Positions 30,961 to 41,900 of a DNA stretch of 64,000 nt are shown one piece after another; the first letter of the stretch is position 1, and every line of letters begins with the position of its first letter. The notes under the pieces were generated by a model that searched no databases, was not told the origin of the DNA, and saw only the letters and a program-made list of their open reading frames with translations. The translations under genes were made by a program, and so were the position numbers. This DNA comes from Candidatus Kapaibacterium sp. (GTDB taxonomy: Bacteria; Bacteroidota; Ignavibacteria; Kapaibacteriales; UBA2268): positions 4,032,001 through 4,096,000 of the forward strand of contig OY762428.1 of assembly GCA_963665665.1 (NCBI GenBank), written 5' to 3'.

Positions 30961-31020
30961 TTTTTAAATTATTATGGAATATTTAAAATTATTATGAAAT
31001 ATTTAAAATTATTATGAAAT
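30961..31020 (+). repeat. 20-bp tandem triplication that includes the start codon of paralogue 2
   Basis: atttaaaattattatgaaat x3 (first copy imperfect). Confidence 0.8.
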
Positions 31021-32186
31021 ACTATATTTTATTGCTTTTTTTTACCTTCTCTGTGCTAAATGTTTTTGCTGCAAAAAGCGGATTATCAGAGGGAAAAAAA
31101 TATTATATTGAAAGAGACAACGGTGACCCGGTAACAGCCATTTTTGTTGAAGAAAAGGATGACTATTTTGTATTCAGTTTTGGCAAATCACCAATATATA
31201 TTTACAAAAAAAATATTCTGGAAATTGTTGAAATTGCAGACAACCTCCAGGAAGATAATTATTATCGTTTCGAGAAAGGGGAGAGATATGTTATCAATTT
31301 AGAAAACGACAAAATCATCAAAGGTGCATTTACCAGTGAAACTGACTCGATAATTCATATTAAGTCGGGATATGCTTCTTTCCAGGTTAGAAAATCAGAT
31401 ATAAAATCTATCAAATTGATTAAAACTTTTAATAAGGACGGAACGACTGTTTACGGCCCGGAAGAAGCTGAAACTCTGTATTATGACTATTTTCTAATGC
31501 ATTCATATATACCGGTAAACGATCAGCATCTGGAATTCAAGGCATTATTTTCTGAATTCGAAACATCCTTCTCACCAATCAGAAATTTAAATGTAAAGGC
31601 TGTTTTTGACATAATATCACTTAGATTGTTTGTAGAATCTCTATATAGTTTTTCAATAGCATATAATATCATTTCTGATTCGTCATTCTATACAACATTA
31701 CGATTGAATCACAGCGGCTATTTACACATAGAGGACCTTGATGGCAAGCTCCCTTCAACTTATGATTTAATCAAAGGTTTCGAACCTGAGTTCTATAGTT
31801 ATAATTCATTTGGGGCAATTTTTACACATAAAAATAAGAAATATAATTTTTCAGCCGGGATAGATTACATATTTGGTACCGATCAATTCAATTCAGGCCT
31901 GATGCTTAAATTTGGAGGCAGGTATCAATTGAACGAAAAATTCGGTTGGATTTTAGAGTGCCAGGATATAATTGCTTATAAGGAGAACTTCCTGCTGGCA
32001 ATAGCAGGATTTTATTTTGAATTTGCGAATATCAGGCTAAAGTTAGGTGTTGTTGGTTATTCCACAACCGAGAGAGTAAATATATATACTCATAAAGATA
32101 AAAAATGGAAATCCGGTGATATGAAAGCTTTCCCGTTACTGGGAGTCGAGGTGTCAATGGACAAATTGGTCGGTTTTGATGAATAA
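31014..32186 (+). CDS. Exported hypothetical protein, paralogue 2
   Basis: Signal peptide; shares IKSGYA, IRLKLGV and KDKKWKSGD with paralogue 1. Confidence 0.8.
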   Translation: MKYYILLLFFTFSVLNVFAAKSGLSEGKKYYIERDNGDPVTAIFVEEKDDYFVFSFGKSPIYIYKKNILEIVEIADNLQEDNYYRFEKGERYVINLENDKIIKGAFTSETDSIIHIKSGYASFQVRKSDIKSIKLIKTFNKDGTTVYGPEEAETLYYDYFLMHSYIPVNDQHLEFKALFSEFETSFSPIRNLNVKAVFDIISLRLFVESLYSFSIAYNIISDSSFYTTLRLNHSGYLHIEDLDGKLPSTYDLIKGFEPEFYSYNSFGAIFTHKNKKYNFSAGIDYIFGTDQFNSGLMLKFGGRYQLNEKFGWILECQDIIAYKENFLLAIAGFYFEFANIRLKLGVVGYSTTERVNIYTHKDKKWKSGDMKAFPLLGVEVSMDKLVGFDE

Positions 32187-32216
32187 TCAAGTATTTCCTT
32201 CGATAGTAAGAATAAT

Positions 32217-32246
32217 AAAAAAAAGCCCCGAAATCGGGGCTTTTTT
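32217..32246. terminator. Bidirectional terminator
   Basis: A-tract, gccccga/tcggggc stem, T-tract. Confidence 0.85.
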
Positions 32247-32266
32247 AACATAATCTTTTTGATTGA

Positions 32267-32965
32267 TTACCTTGCAAGTTTAAGCTCAAGTTTTTTGCCG
32301 TCTTCAAATTCTATGATAATTGGCTGGAATGATGTTGTCATTTTGATATTCTGTTTCTGAGCCTGGTAAACTTTCTGTGAGTTCTGATCCATTTTATAAA
32401 CCTGCTGCATCCTTATGCCTTTGCCGGGTTCTATAGGCTGGTTATCAGCATTGACAGTAAATCTTTTAATATTCTGTCCGTTGATCTGGAAATATACAAA
32501 TCCCTGTACCTTTTTAATTTTCTTATCTGAAATGTTTGCAAGGGTGTAAACCAGAGCATCCAGGGGAACGTCTTTATCTTCAACTTTTTTGGTAGTAGCA
32601 ACAAGTTTGTCAAGTTTGAATCCAACAGCCAGTTTCATTTCGGCTTTTGTTGTGCTTGTAAGAAGGCTGTTATTGCTGATTGTGCGCCTCAGTTTGTTTT
32701 CCATTTCAATAACCTGGCCTACTGTTTTGCCATTCAGGGAGTCTTTATTGAATGATAATCTTTGTACACCGTTTGAGAAAAGGTCAATTTCTTCCCTTGT
32801 GACGTCTTTATCGTCTTTCATCTTTCTTGCTATATCCAGCAGGTTCGTGGAATTAATTTTTTCGTTAAGCAGTGGTGATGATGCTTTTTGCTGCCCGCAG
32901 GAAATCAGAGTTACCATAAAAGCCGCAATAAGCATAAACGATAAAGCGCTTGAAAATTTTCTCAT
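32267..32965 (-). CDS. Hypothetical lipoprotein
   Basis: LISC lipobox, GAGG RBS. Confidence 0.75.
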   Translation of the reverse strand: MRKFSSALSFMLIAAFMVTLISCGQQKASSPLLNEKINSTNLLDIARKMKDDKDVTREEIDLFSNGVQRLSFNKDSLNGKTVGQVIEMENKLRRTISNNSLLTSTTKAEMKLAVGFKLDKLVATTKKVEDKDVPLDALVYTLANISDKKIKKVQGFVYFQINGQNIKRFTVNADNQPIEPGKGIRMQQVYKMDQNSQKVYQAQKQNIKMTTSFQPIIIEFEDGKKLELKLAR

Positions 32966-33045
32966 GTCAACCTCGATTTAATTGTTTGTTCATAATTACA
33001 TTTACAAAAAAACAAAAATAAGAGATTATAAACACATGGGCAACT

Positions 33046-33957
33046 TTAATTTAATCCCAGCATATCTTTTAGTATGCCATATCTCAATCCGAAAGTCGAA
33101 ACAATCACAGAATCGGTATTCAAATAGCTCAGGGATTCTATCAGAATGATTGCTCCTGCAGTTATCAGGTCGGCCCTGTTCTGATGAATACCATAACGGG
33201 CAGTTATCTGGGAGGCTGTCAGGGTTTTGAAAATATCCATAACCCGATTAACTTCAGTAATCGACAGATTATACCCCTGTACTTTTTCCCAGTCAAATTG
33301 ATGCAGTCCAAGAGCTGCCGAAGCAATAGAGGTTGGTGTTCCCGCTACAGCGTAAAGCTGCGCAGGCTTTTCAATTTTGCCAAATGATGTTAATTGTTCA
33401 CGAATGAAGTTACCCGCGTTTGCAAATTCAGTTTCGGATGGCGGTTGCTTAGGGAAAAATTGTTCCGTAAGTTTAACAGAACCAATCTTTAAACTTTTCC
33501 TGTACTGAATTTGCCCCTTTGCCCCGAAAATCAGCTCGGTACTGCCACCGCCAATATCCAGCAGGGCTGCGTTTTTCTCGAAACCGACTGCGCCGATATA
33601 CCCAAGCCGGGCTTCTTCCTCTCCACTAATAATTTCTACATCAGCATTAATAATATCTGACAGGTATTCTCTGACTTTATCTGAATTCGAAGCTTCGCGC
33701 ATAGCACTTGTGGCACATATTCTTATCTTTTCAACACCGTAATCATCACAAATTTTTCTATAGCCTTTCAGTATATCAGCTGCTCTTAAAACGGCTTTTC
33801 CGCCAATTTTCCCGGTATTATTCAGGTTTTCACCTAATCGGGCTATACCGTGGTTGTCCTTAATTATCTCAAGATTACCGTTCTTTCCTTTCCTGCCAAT
33901 AAGCATCAATATTGTATTTGTACCCATATCGACGGAAGCGCATAATGGTTCTGCCAT
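33046..33957 (-). CDS. ppx: Ppx/GppA phosphatase
   Basis: DMGTNT, ATSAMR, EEEARL, DIGGGSTE, GLRYG. Confidence 0.93.
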   Translation of the reverse strand: MAEPLCASVDMGTNTILMLIGRKGKNGNLEIIKDNHGIARLGENLNNTGKIGGKAVLRAADILKGYRKICDDYGVEKIRICATSAMREASNSDKVREYLSDIINADVEIISGEEEARLGYIGAVGFEKNAALLDIGGGSTELIFGAKGQIQYRKSLKIGSVKLTEQFFPKQPPSETEFANAGNFIREQLTSFGKIEKPAQLYAVAGTPTSIASAALGLHQFDWEKVQGYNLSITEVNRVMDIFKTLTASQITARYGIHQNRADLITAGAIILIESLSYLNTDSVIVSTFGLRYGILKDMLGLN

Positions 33958-33960
33958 TTA

Positions 33961-34812
33961 CTACTCTCCCGGTTTAAAATGAAATGCAACCCATTCATCC
34001 TCGATCAGGGAACCTGCTTTAACAAAGCCGGCTTCTTTCGCAGCTTTTAGAACATCTTCACCGTCGTATTTCAGAATTCCGGATACGACAAGGTCACCGG
34101 AATTGTCTTTCAGAGCCTGGTAAAATTTTGGTAATGCTTCAATAATAAGGTTGCTGTTCAGGTTGGCAGCTATTCCGTCACATTCGGGGAGCTTCATAGA
34201 CTGGATATCTGAATCATCAAGTTTGATTATTTTCTCGACGCCGTTGCGTTCGAAGTTTTCCCGGGCATTATCAATCGACCATGAGTTATTGTCGAATGCG
34301 TAAACAGCCCCCGCCCCGAGCTTTACAGCAAGAATCGCGAGAGCACCGGTACCGGTTCCAACGTCCAGCCAATATGAACCGGGCTGTACCAGGCCTTCCA
34401 TAAGGCGGCAAACCAGGCGGGTGGTAGCGTGATGCCCTGTACCGAAGGACATTTTTGGATTTATTATAATCAGTATTTCCCTGTCAAGCTCCTTTTTTCT
34501 CCATTCCGGGGCAATACCTATCTTCGGGCTGATATCAATAGCAGGAACAGTTTTTTCCCATTCCTCGTTCCAGTTCTTTTCAGTGATTACTTCTTCTTTT
34601 TCAATACTGATATTTTCGTTCAGCTTTTTCAGATCTGCAAGCAGAGCTTTCTTTAATTCCTCGTTCCAGCTTGTAAGTTCAAAGCTGATAATCATTTTAT
34701 CAAATTTTTCCTCGATACCTGTAATCGGGTAGCTATATATTATTCCGTAAGCAGTATCGAAATATTCTTCCATAATATTCAGGGTGATATTTATATATTG
34801 TTGCTTTTCCAT
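33961..34812 (-). CDS. prmA: Ribosomal protein L11 methyltransferase
   Basis: INPKMSFGTGHHATT, LDVGTGTGALAI, SGIL. Confidence 0.93.
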   Translation of the reverse strand: MEKQQYINITLNIMEEYFDTAYGIIYSYPITGIEEKFDKMIISFELTSWNEELKKALLADLKKLNENISIEKEEVITEKNWNEEWEKTVPAIDISPKIGIAPEWRKKELDREILIIINPKMSFGTGHHATTRLVCRLMEGLVQPGSYWLDVGTGTGALAILAVKLGAGAVYAFDNNSWSIDNARENFERNGVEKIIKLDDSDIQSMKLPECDGIAANLNSNLIIEALPKFYQALKDNSGDLVVSGILKYDGEDVLKAAKEAGFVKAGSLIEDEWVAFHFKPGE

Positions 34813-34956
34813 AATAATCTTCCACTTTCTTAATAATTTGTCAAAATCATTACAACTCATAGACGTTTTAAATAATAATTGATTACAAATTTACTTAAAC
34901 TTCACAGATATTTCTTATATTTTCATGAAAATAATTTCAATAATCGAAAAAGAATA

Positions 34957-35478
34957 ATGACACAGGAAGAAAACGAAAAATTAAAAGAAATTAAAATTCT
35001 GGTGATGGATGTTGACGGCACCCTGACCGACGGAGCAATGTATTATTCAGCTAATGGTGAGGAATTAAAAAGGTTTTCAACACGTGACGGTATGGGAATA
35101 ACATTACTCAGCCGGGGAAATATTGAAACAGCAATTATTACAAGTGAGAACTCTGCGATTGTAAGTTCCAGGGCTGATAAATTGAAAATTGCACATGTAT
35201 ATCTCGGCTCGCGGGATAAGACAAAAACAATTAAAGAACTGGCGGAAAAACTTAATTTATCTTTACAAAATATTGCTTATATTGGCGATGATATTAATGA
35301 CGAGCATGTTATGAAAATCTGCGGGTTTTCGGCCTGTCCGTCCGATGCCGTTGAAATTATTCGTAAAACGGCATCATATATCTGCAAAGCAAAAGGCGGC
35401 AACGGGGCCGTCAGAGAATTTTCAGAAATTATTTTGAAAGCTCAGGGAAAACCCGTATCATTGAAAGAAAATTGGTAA
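34957..35478 (+). CDS. kdsC: KDO-8-phosphate phosphatase (HAD family)
   Basis: DVDGTLTDG, RDGMGI, YIGDDIND, GGNGAVRE. Confidence 0.92.
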   Translation: MTQEENEKLKEIKILVMDVDGTLTDGAMYYSANGEELKRFSTRDGMGITLLSRGNIETAIITSENSAIVSSRADKLKIAHVYLGSRDKTKTIKELAEKLNLSLQNIAYIGDDINDEHVMKICGFSACPSDAVEIIRKTASYICKAKGGNGAVREFSEIILKAQGKPVSLKENW

Positions 35479-35498
35479 TTTTTATCAGGAGGTGAATT

Positions 35499-35939
35499 AT
35501 GAGCAACCAGCAAGACAGCGGAGCATATACTAAGGGATTTGTTTTCGGAGCGATGATTGGCGGAGCCGTCGGAGCTTTAACAGCACTGCTGTTAGCACCA
35601 AAAAGCGGTAAAGAACTTAGGCAGGATATTGCCGATAAATCTCTCGATATGTATGACAAGGCGTCAGATTATATGGCAGATGTTCAGGAGAATGTTGGCA
35701 ACAAAGTAAATGACACTTATAACGAAGGCCGCATAAAAGCCGAAAGTATAATAAGTAATGCGAAAAGGCAGGCAAGAGAACTTCTTAACGATGCCGAGGG
35801 AATTCTTTCTGAAGCAAAAGATAAAGCTTATGCTACGAAAGACAATGTTCAGGATAAAATTGAAACCCTGAAGGAGGCAACCAAAGCTGGAGCCGAGGCA
35901 TTTAAAGCGGAAATTAACGCCGATAAAGATGTTTATTAA
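35499..35939 (+). CDS. YtxH-domain protein
   Basis: GAMIGGAVGALTALLLAPKSGKELR. Confidence 0.9.
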   Translation: MSNQQDSGAYTKGFVFGAMIGGAVGALTALLLAPKSGKELRQDIADKSLDMYDKASDYMADVQENVGNKVNDTYNEGRIKAESIISNAKRQARELLNDAEGILSEAKDKAYATKDNVQDKIETLKEATKAGAEAFKAEINADKDVY

Positions 35940-35953
35940 TTTTAATATTTCTG

Positions 35954-36460
35954 GTGCAAACAATGGATACTGACATGCTGCTGTGGGCAGCTTCAATGCT
36001 CGCCCTGGGATCATTTATTATTCTTGCGATTTTTATTATCGTGTTTCTTTCTAATGCCGGTAAATTTATCGAACAGGCAAAGCTTTCACTGAATAAAGCC
36101 TCCGCCGATCTTTCTGATATCAAGAAAGATGTTAAAACAACGCTAAAAGGCATAGATGTAATGCAGGATGAATTTGTTAAATCCCTGCATCATTTTAATG
36201 ATATGAAAGCCAAAGCTGTTGATACAATGACTAACCTGGATGATTCGATTGAAGCCATTCAGGAAACGACTCAATCAGTCAGAACAAGGGCCGACGCTGT
36301 TTATAATATAATCAGGCCGTTCAATGACCTGTCTGAGCATATTTATAATAAAATTGCCCCGCCGCTTATTGAAACAGCAAACTTTATTACTGCGGCAACA
36401 AAGGCATTTTCCACTTTCTCTGGTATCTTATTCAGGAAAAAACAAAAACCTGAAGAATGA
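35954..36460 (+). CDS. DUF948/YtxG-like TM plus coiled-coil protein
   Basis: N-terminal TM and long amphipathic helix; adjacent to YtxH. Confidence 0.6.
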   Translation: MQTMDTDMLLWAASMLALGSFIILAIFIIVFLSNAGKFIEQAKLSLNKASADLSDIKKDVKTTLKGIDVMQDEFVKSLHHFNDMKAKAVDTMTNLDDSIEAIQETTQSVRTRADAVYNIIRPFNDLSEHIYNKIAPPLIETANFITAATKAFSTFSGILFRKKQKPEE

Positions 36461-36474
36461 ATCTGAAAAAAAAC

Positions 36475-36508
36475 AAACACCCTGCTGAGACCCGGCAGGG
36501 TGTTTTTT
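36475..36508 (+). terminator. Intrinsic terminator
   Basis: aaacaccctgc / gcagggtgttt plus T-tract. Confidence 0.8.
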
Positions 36509-36597
36509 AAAAAAGGATACTGATCATATTTTAGGTTAAAATAAAATTTAATTAGATTCTTTGATTATAATACGTGATATTTATTCTTGGAAAATAT

Positions 36598-36801
36598 ATG
36601 ATTGAGGTTCAGTACATAAATGATTCAAGCGGAAAGCCGGTAGCTGTAGTTCTCCCTATTGAATTTTGGAGATCTTTATTTCCGGAAGATGAAACTGACA
36701 GGATTCTTTCATCTAAAATTATGAAGAAGAGATTGCTGGAAGCGATGCAAAGAAATGACGGATATTCTATTGAGGATGTTCATGAGAAACTTGGAATTTG
36801 A
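36598..36801 (+). CDS. Putative type II antitoxin
   Basis: QYINDSSGKPVAVVLPI..DETD.ILSS; overlaps a YoeB-like start. Confidence 0.75.
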   Translation: MIEVQYINDSSGKPVAVVLPIEFWRSLFPEDETDRILSSKIMKKRLLEAMQRNDGYSIEDVHEKLGI

Positions 36802-36838
36802 TCATTTGGCATTTCAGGATTTGGCCTGGTGGATTTAA
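36782..36838 (+). pseudogene. Truncated Txe/YoeB toxin
   Basis: MRNLEFDHLAFQDLAWWI*, the typical YoeB N-terminus; no continuation before the next gene. Confidence 0.7.
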
Positions 36839-36873
36839 TATCGCAGCTGAGCCAAAACTAACCGCAACAAATA

Positions 36874-38406
36874 TTAGCCAAAACCATATATTTCCCCGTA
36901 TTTTTCTTCAAGTATATCAAAGAAATCATTTGTATTTAATCCGTTGCCTGATAATCTGTTAATAAGTTCCGACGGGGTATAAATCTTTCCGTATTGATGA
37001 ATATTATCCTTCAGCCACATACGAATCTGAAAAAAATCTCCCGTTGAAATCAGATTGCAAACATCAGGAATATTCTTTTTCATAGCTTTCCATATTGTTG
37101 CAGCATATAGTTTTCCGATTGTATAGGATGGGAAGTATCCGAACATACCGTCGGCCCAGTGAATATCCTGCATACATCCGATTGCATCATTATCGGGCAC
37201 GATTCCAAGATATTCTTTCATTTTAATATTAAATACGGAAGGAATTTCATCAACTTTCATATTACCGTTAATAATTTCTTTTTCTATCTCATATCGAATA
37301 ATAATATGCAAATTATATGTTAATTCATCTGCTTCAGTCCTGATAAATGAGCTCTCCACCTTATTTATGGCAGTATAAATATCTTCCGGATAATATTGTT
37401 CCAGTTTATCAGGGAATAATTCTTTAAGGCAGGGGAGGCTCCATTGGCACCAGGATTTGGTTCTTGCAATTATATTTTCCCACAGCAGTGCCTGTGATTC
37501 ATGCATACCAAACGAGGCTCCTTCACCTAGGAATGTTCTGTTAAGTTTCAGGTCAATTCCCTGCTCGTATAGTCCGTGTCCGGTTTCATGTATGGTTCCG
37601 AAAATGCAGGATCTCAGATCGTCGTGATTAACCCTTGTTGTTATCCTGACATCATTGCCTGTTATTGGCATTGTAAACGGATGAACAGAGGAATCCAGGC
37701 GACCCCGGGCATAGTCAAAAGCCATTTTGCGTGTGATCTTTTTTGCCATTAAAAATTGCTTGTCAGGATCGAAATATTTATAAAACAATGAATTATCTAT
37801 GTATATGTCCGAAGCTGATATTTTTGTAAGAAGCTTCGATGTTTGACATTTAATATCATTGAAAATAATATCAAGAGACTGGCTTGTAATACCCGGTTCG
37901 AAAACCTCCAGCAGGGAATCATACGGATTATCGAAACTGCTGAAGCAGGAGGCATAATACCTTTTTAGCTGAACCAATCCTGATAGTTCATTTGCCCATA
38001 TCGAAAAATCATTATCAATTCTTGCCTGATGCCAGGCTTGCAGGCACAGGCTGCGTTTACGCGTAATTTTTTCTATCAAATCTTTAGGAACGCAGTTTTC
38101 TCTTTCAAATTCTCTGACAAAATTCCTGTATAGAGCTGTTTCAATATCGAGCCTGCTTTTTATACCGGATTGTATCTCTTGGTAATATTCTTTTGCTTCG
38201 TTTCCTGTTATCATATCGTGATAAATTGCGGATATCGTGGACATCTGTTCGCCCCTGTCCTCAACAGCTGATGTCGGCATATAAGTTTCCTGATCCCATG
38301 ACATTCCGGACTGAATGGATTTCAGGTCTTTCAGTGGGCGGGTAAAATCAAGAAGACTGTAAAAGAACTCATTTTTTCTTGGAAATTCCATGATACATAA
38401 ACTCAA
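36874..38406 (-). CDS. Carboxypeptidase Taq (M32)
   Basis: WDQET, HPF, DVRITTR, HETGHGLYEQ, HESQ, IRTEADE, GCMQDIHW, GYFPSY. Confidence 0.95.
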   Translation of the reverse strand: MSLCIMEFPRKNEFFYSLLDFTRPLKDLKSIQSGMSWDQETYMPTSAVEDRGEQMSTISAIYHDMITGNEAKEYYQEIQSGIKSRLDIETALYRNFVREFERENCVPKDLIEKITRKRSLCLQAWHQARIDNDFSIWANELSGLVQLKRYYASCFSSFDNPYDSLLEVFEPGITSQSLDIIFNDIKCQTSKLLTKISASDIYIDNSLFYKYFDPDKQFLMAKKITRKMAFDYARGRLDSSVHPFTMPITGNDVRITTRVNHDDLRSCIFGTIHETGHGLYEQGIDLKLNRTFLGEGASFGMHESQALLWENIIARTKSWCQWSLPCLKELFPDKLEQYYPEDIYTAINKVESSFIRTEADELTYNLHIIIRYEIEKEIINGNMKVDEIPSVFNIKMKEYLGIVPDNDAIGCMQDIHWADGMFGYFPSYTIGKLYAATIWKAMKKNIPDVCNLISTGDFFQIRMWLKDNIHQYGKIYTPSELINRLSGNGLNTNDFFDILEEKYGEIYGFG

Positions 38407-38909
38407 TTTTCAATGGCATTCTAATTTTCGACTAATTATTCAAATATACAATTTGATTACCGAATTACAAAATAGCTGAATTTTTTAGTAAAGATCCATT
38501 GTCAGGCAGAGTAATAAGAAATTTAGCAGGCGATCATACCGGTAAAAGCTGGCGAGTAAAAATCGATATTTTGTGCTTCCTGCTTCTCCAAATATTTTTG
38601 GTGCCATACCCTTGATTTGAAAAAATGTTTGAGTGATTTCCATTTTAATGGAATTTATAATTACTTTGTGATGTAAGTTCGAATTAAAATATATTGTTTT
38701 ACATGAATTATTACTATTTTCGGAAAAGTAGATTTTTTCATGATTTTATCATGTTCAATATTAAGCAATGTTAAAAAAGCCATGAAATATTGATTCGACT
38801 CCAGAGTCTTGAAAAAAGCAGGCAGTTTTGGCAATAGCCATGCCATAGAAAAGAAACATACTTGTAATCATTTTTTTGTCATTTTAAATTATCGAAAAGA
38901 TTAGCAATA

Positions 38910-41900
38910 ATGAAATTGGTATCCGGATTAAAAATGCTTCAAATATTATCACTTGTAATATTTTCACTTCTTTTGAGTGCAGCATCTCTAAAAGCTAAAA
39001 AAACATATATTGTCAAATTCAAATCACCACCAAAAAATATTGATAATGTACTTGATAATGATTCTTTTTATAAGTTCACAGACAGGATGCCGGCAATGGC
39101 CGGGGATAAAAGCCGGGACTTTAAGCAAACCCCGGAATTCATTGAACTTGATAAATATTTTATTATTAAAGTAGAAGATAACAGCGATTTGCTTTCAATG
39201 TTCGGAAATAATATCGAGTCGGCAGGGCCAAACAGAATATTTCATATTGATGCCGAGGAAATTGACGACCCCGACTATCTGGAGCAGTGGAATATCCCTG
39301 CGGTTAAGGCGAATGAAGCTTGGGAAACGGCCACGGGAAAGGATATACTTGTTGGCGTGGTTGATACGGGAATTGAATACCTTCATCCCGATCTGAAAAA
39401 CCAGCTTTGGGTGAATCCCGGCGAAGATATTAATAACAACGGAAAATTTGATCCATGGCCTTTCAGCCAGACAATTGACGGCGTGACAGGCGATATAAAT
39501 TATATTGACGATGACAAAAACGGCTATGCTGATGACATTATCGGTTATGATTTTGTTGACCAGGATGTGATGAACCTTGGCGATTCAAAAACTCAGGATT
39601 ATGATCCCCGGGACGAACATGGCCACGGTACTGCCGTATCCGGAATAATTGCAGCCGAAAAAAATAATTCCTACGGAATATGCGGCGTAGCCTATAATGC
39701 AAAAATTGTCACGCTCCGCGGACTTGATGCTACGGGAAACGGGGAAACCGACGACATAGCCGCATCAATTATTTACGGTGCTATGATCGGAGTTGACGTT
39801 ATGAATTTCTCATTCGGAGAATCGTTCAATACACCCTTGATCCACGATGCAGTTAAATTTGCCCGATCCAGGGGTTGTGTTATTGCTGCATCTTCGGGAA
39901 ATTCAGGCTGGGACGAAAAGCACTATCCCTCCGATTATGATGAAGTAATATCAGTAGGCGCTATTGATTCTGATCTGGAAAGAGATTACCGTTCTAATTA
40001 TGGTTCCAGGCTTGCCTTAATGGCTCCCGGCACCAATGTTATGTCGGATAATTTTATTGGCGGAACAAAAGCATATAGCGGAACATCCATGGCTGCACCA
40101 CATGTAGCTGCTGCTGCTGCTATGCTGCTTGAATCCAAACCTGGCCTTGGCCCTGAAGAAGTAAAAGGCATATTGCAGTCAAGTGCCCGCGATGCCGGAG
40201 ATAAAGGCTGGGACTTATTTTACGCATCGGGAATTCTTGATATTAATTCAGCGCTAAATGCAACCGGTTCCACGAAATTTAATATTTTATTTCCTATGGA
40301 TCAGGCAAATTTTAACAGGGATAAGGTTCAGTCAATTCCGGTAGTGGCAAATATTATCACGCCTTTATTTGATACTTACCAGGTATTTATTACTGAAGGG
40401 GAAAATGCCAAAGAAAGGCTTGGCTCTTATCCGGAGGACGAAAAAAAATGGATTCCGGTTTCCGATAAAATTGATTTGCAGTGCGTAAATGATACAGTAG
40501 CTGTTATCAATACTTCAGAACTTAAAGATACTGTTTATACCGTCAGGATACTTGTCAGCCTGAAAAATTCCAATACAATTGAGCAGAGAGTTAAGATAGA
40601 ATTAAGCTCTGCTGCCAATCCGTTGAAAATATCGGCATTGTCTTTCGCTTACCCGATTTTTAATGAAAGCCGATCTCTTTTTATTACAGCACAGACCAAC
40701 AGGATATCATCATATCTCCTTAGATACAGGCCAAAATCCTCGGCTGATCCATATAAAATAGTAAATGAAACAGATTACAGATCTAATTATCATTCAATAT
40801 TGCTTACTGATCCTTCAGCTATAGGAATTGAAATGGAAGCCGATGCTATTGCATACCTTGAAACCGGCGATTCGGTTTTTCATAACTTTGAGTTTACAAT
40901 TCCTGAAAAGTCATTCCCAACGAGTGGTTTCGATATGAAAGAATATTCTGCGCCTCCGTCCTATATCAACAACGAGGTTGCAAGCCTTTACGGATCCGGA
41001 AGCGAGGTGTTCGCAGTGAATGATTATAGCTATGGCACATGGGGCTATGCCAAATTATACCAGTTCGAGGATGGAGAATTTAAGAGCAAAGATTCTCTTT
41101 ACGGCTCTTGGATTCCTAATGGTATCGGTGATTCAAATGGCGACGGTATTATGGAGGTTCTTGCATACAAGGGAGGTAAAACAGCCCTTTTCCAGGCAGA
41201 ACCGGGCAGCAGCAATCCCTTTTCATCAATCATGTTTGCCGATACAATACTACAAAATTTCTGGGCGGCCGGGATGAAAGATATTGATGGCGACGGCCTG
41301 GAAGATATTATTGCATTCAACGATACGACCTTCTTCATAATGACATATAAAAACGGTAAATATGAATATATACCGGCTTTGGTAGAATATCCCTACAATC
41401 TGATTGGAACTTTCCCTGGCCTTGCGGTTGGAGATTTTGACAATGACGGCAATATTGAGCTTTGTCATGGTAATATACGGGGTAACCTGATTATCCATGA
41501 ATTTAAAAACGGACAATTCTCCGTTGAGAAGATAGACGGTTCAACGATAACAAGCGGGAGCCAGTATTTATATAGCGCTGATATTGACGGCGACGGAACA
41601 CCGGAAATTATATCAGCAAACTTCGGCCAGAACGTCCTGCTGCCTAATAATGACGGTGGTAAATCTCTTTGGCTTTACCGGGTAATAAAATATACTGATG
41701 AGGATTATAAGGTTATCTGGGATGATTTGCTTTATGGTGTTCGGGGAGGTTTCGGATACAGGAATGCAGCACTCGCCGGAAATCTCGACAGTGATCCTGC
41801 AGATGAAATTATCATATCGGCTTTCCCGAATATTTATGTTATGGAATGGGATGACGAGAAAAATGATATGAAACCAATGTGGACATTCCCCAACGTTTTT

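Noticed and set aside
38661-38846. 61-aa ORF in the M32/S8 divergent spacer
   Set aside because: No recognisable motif or RBS
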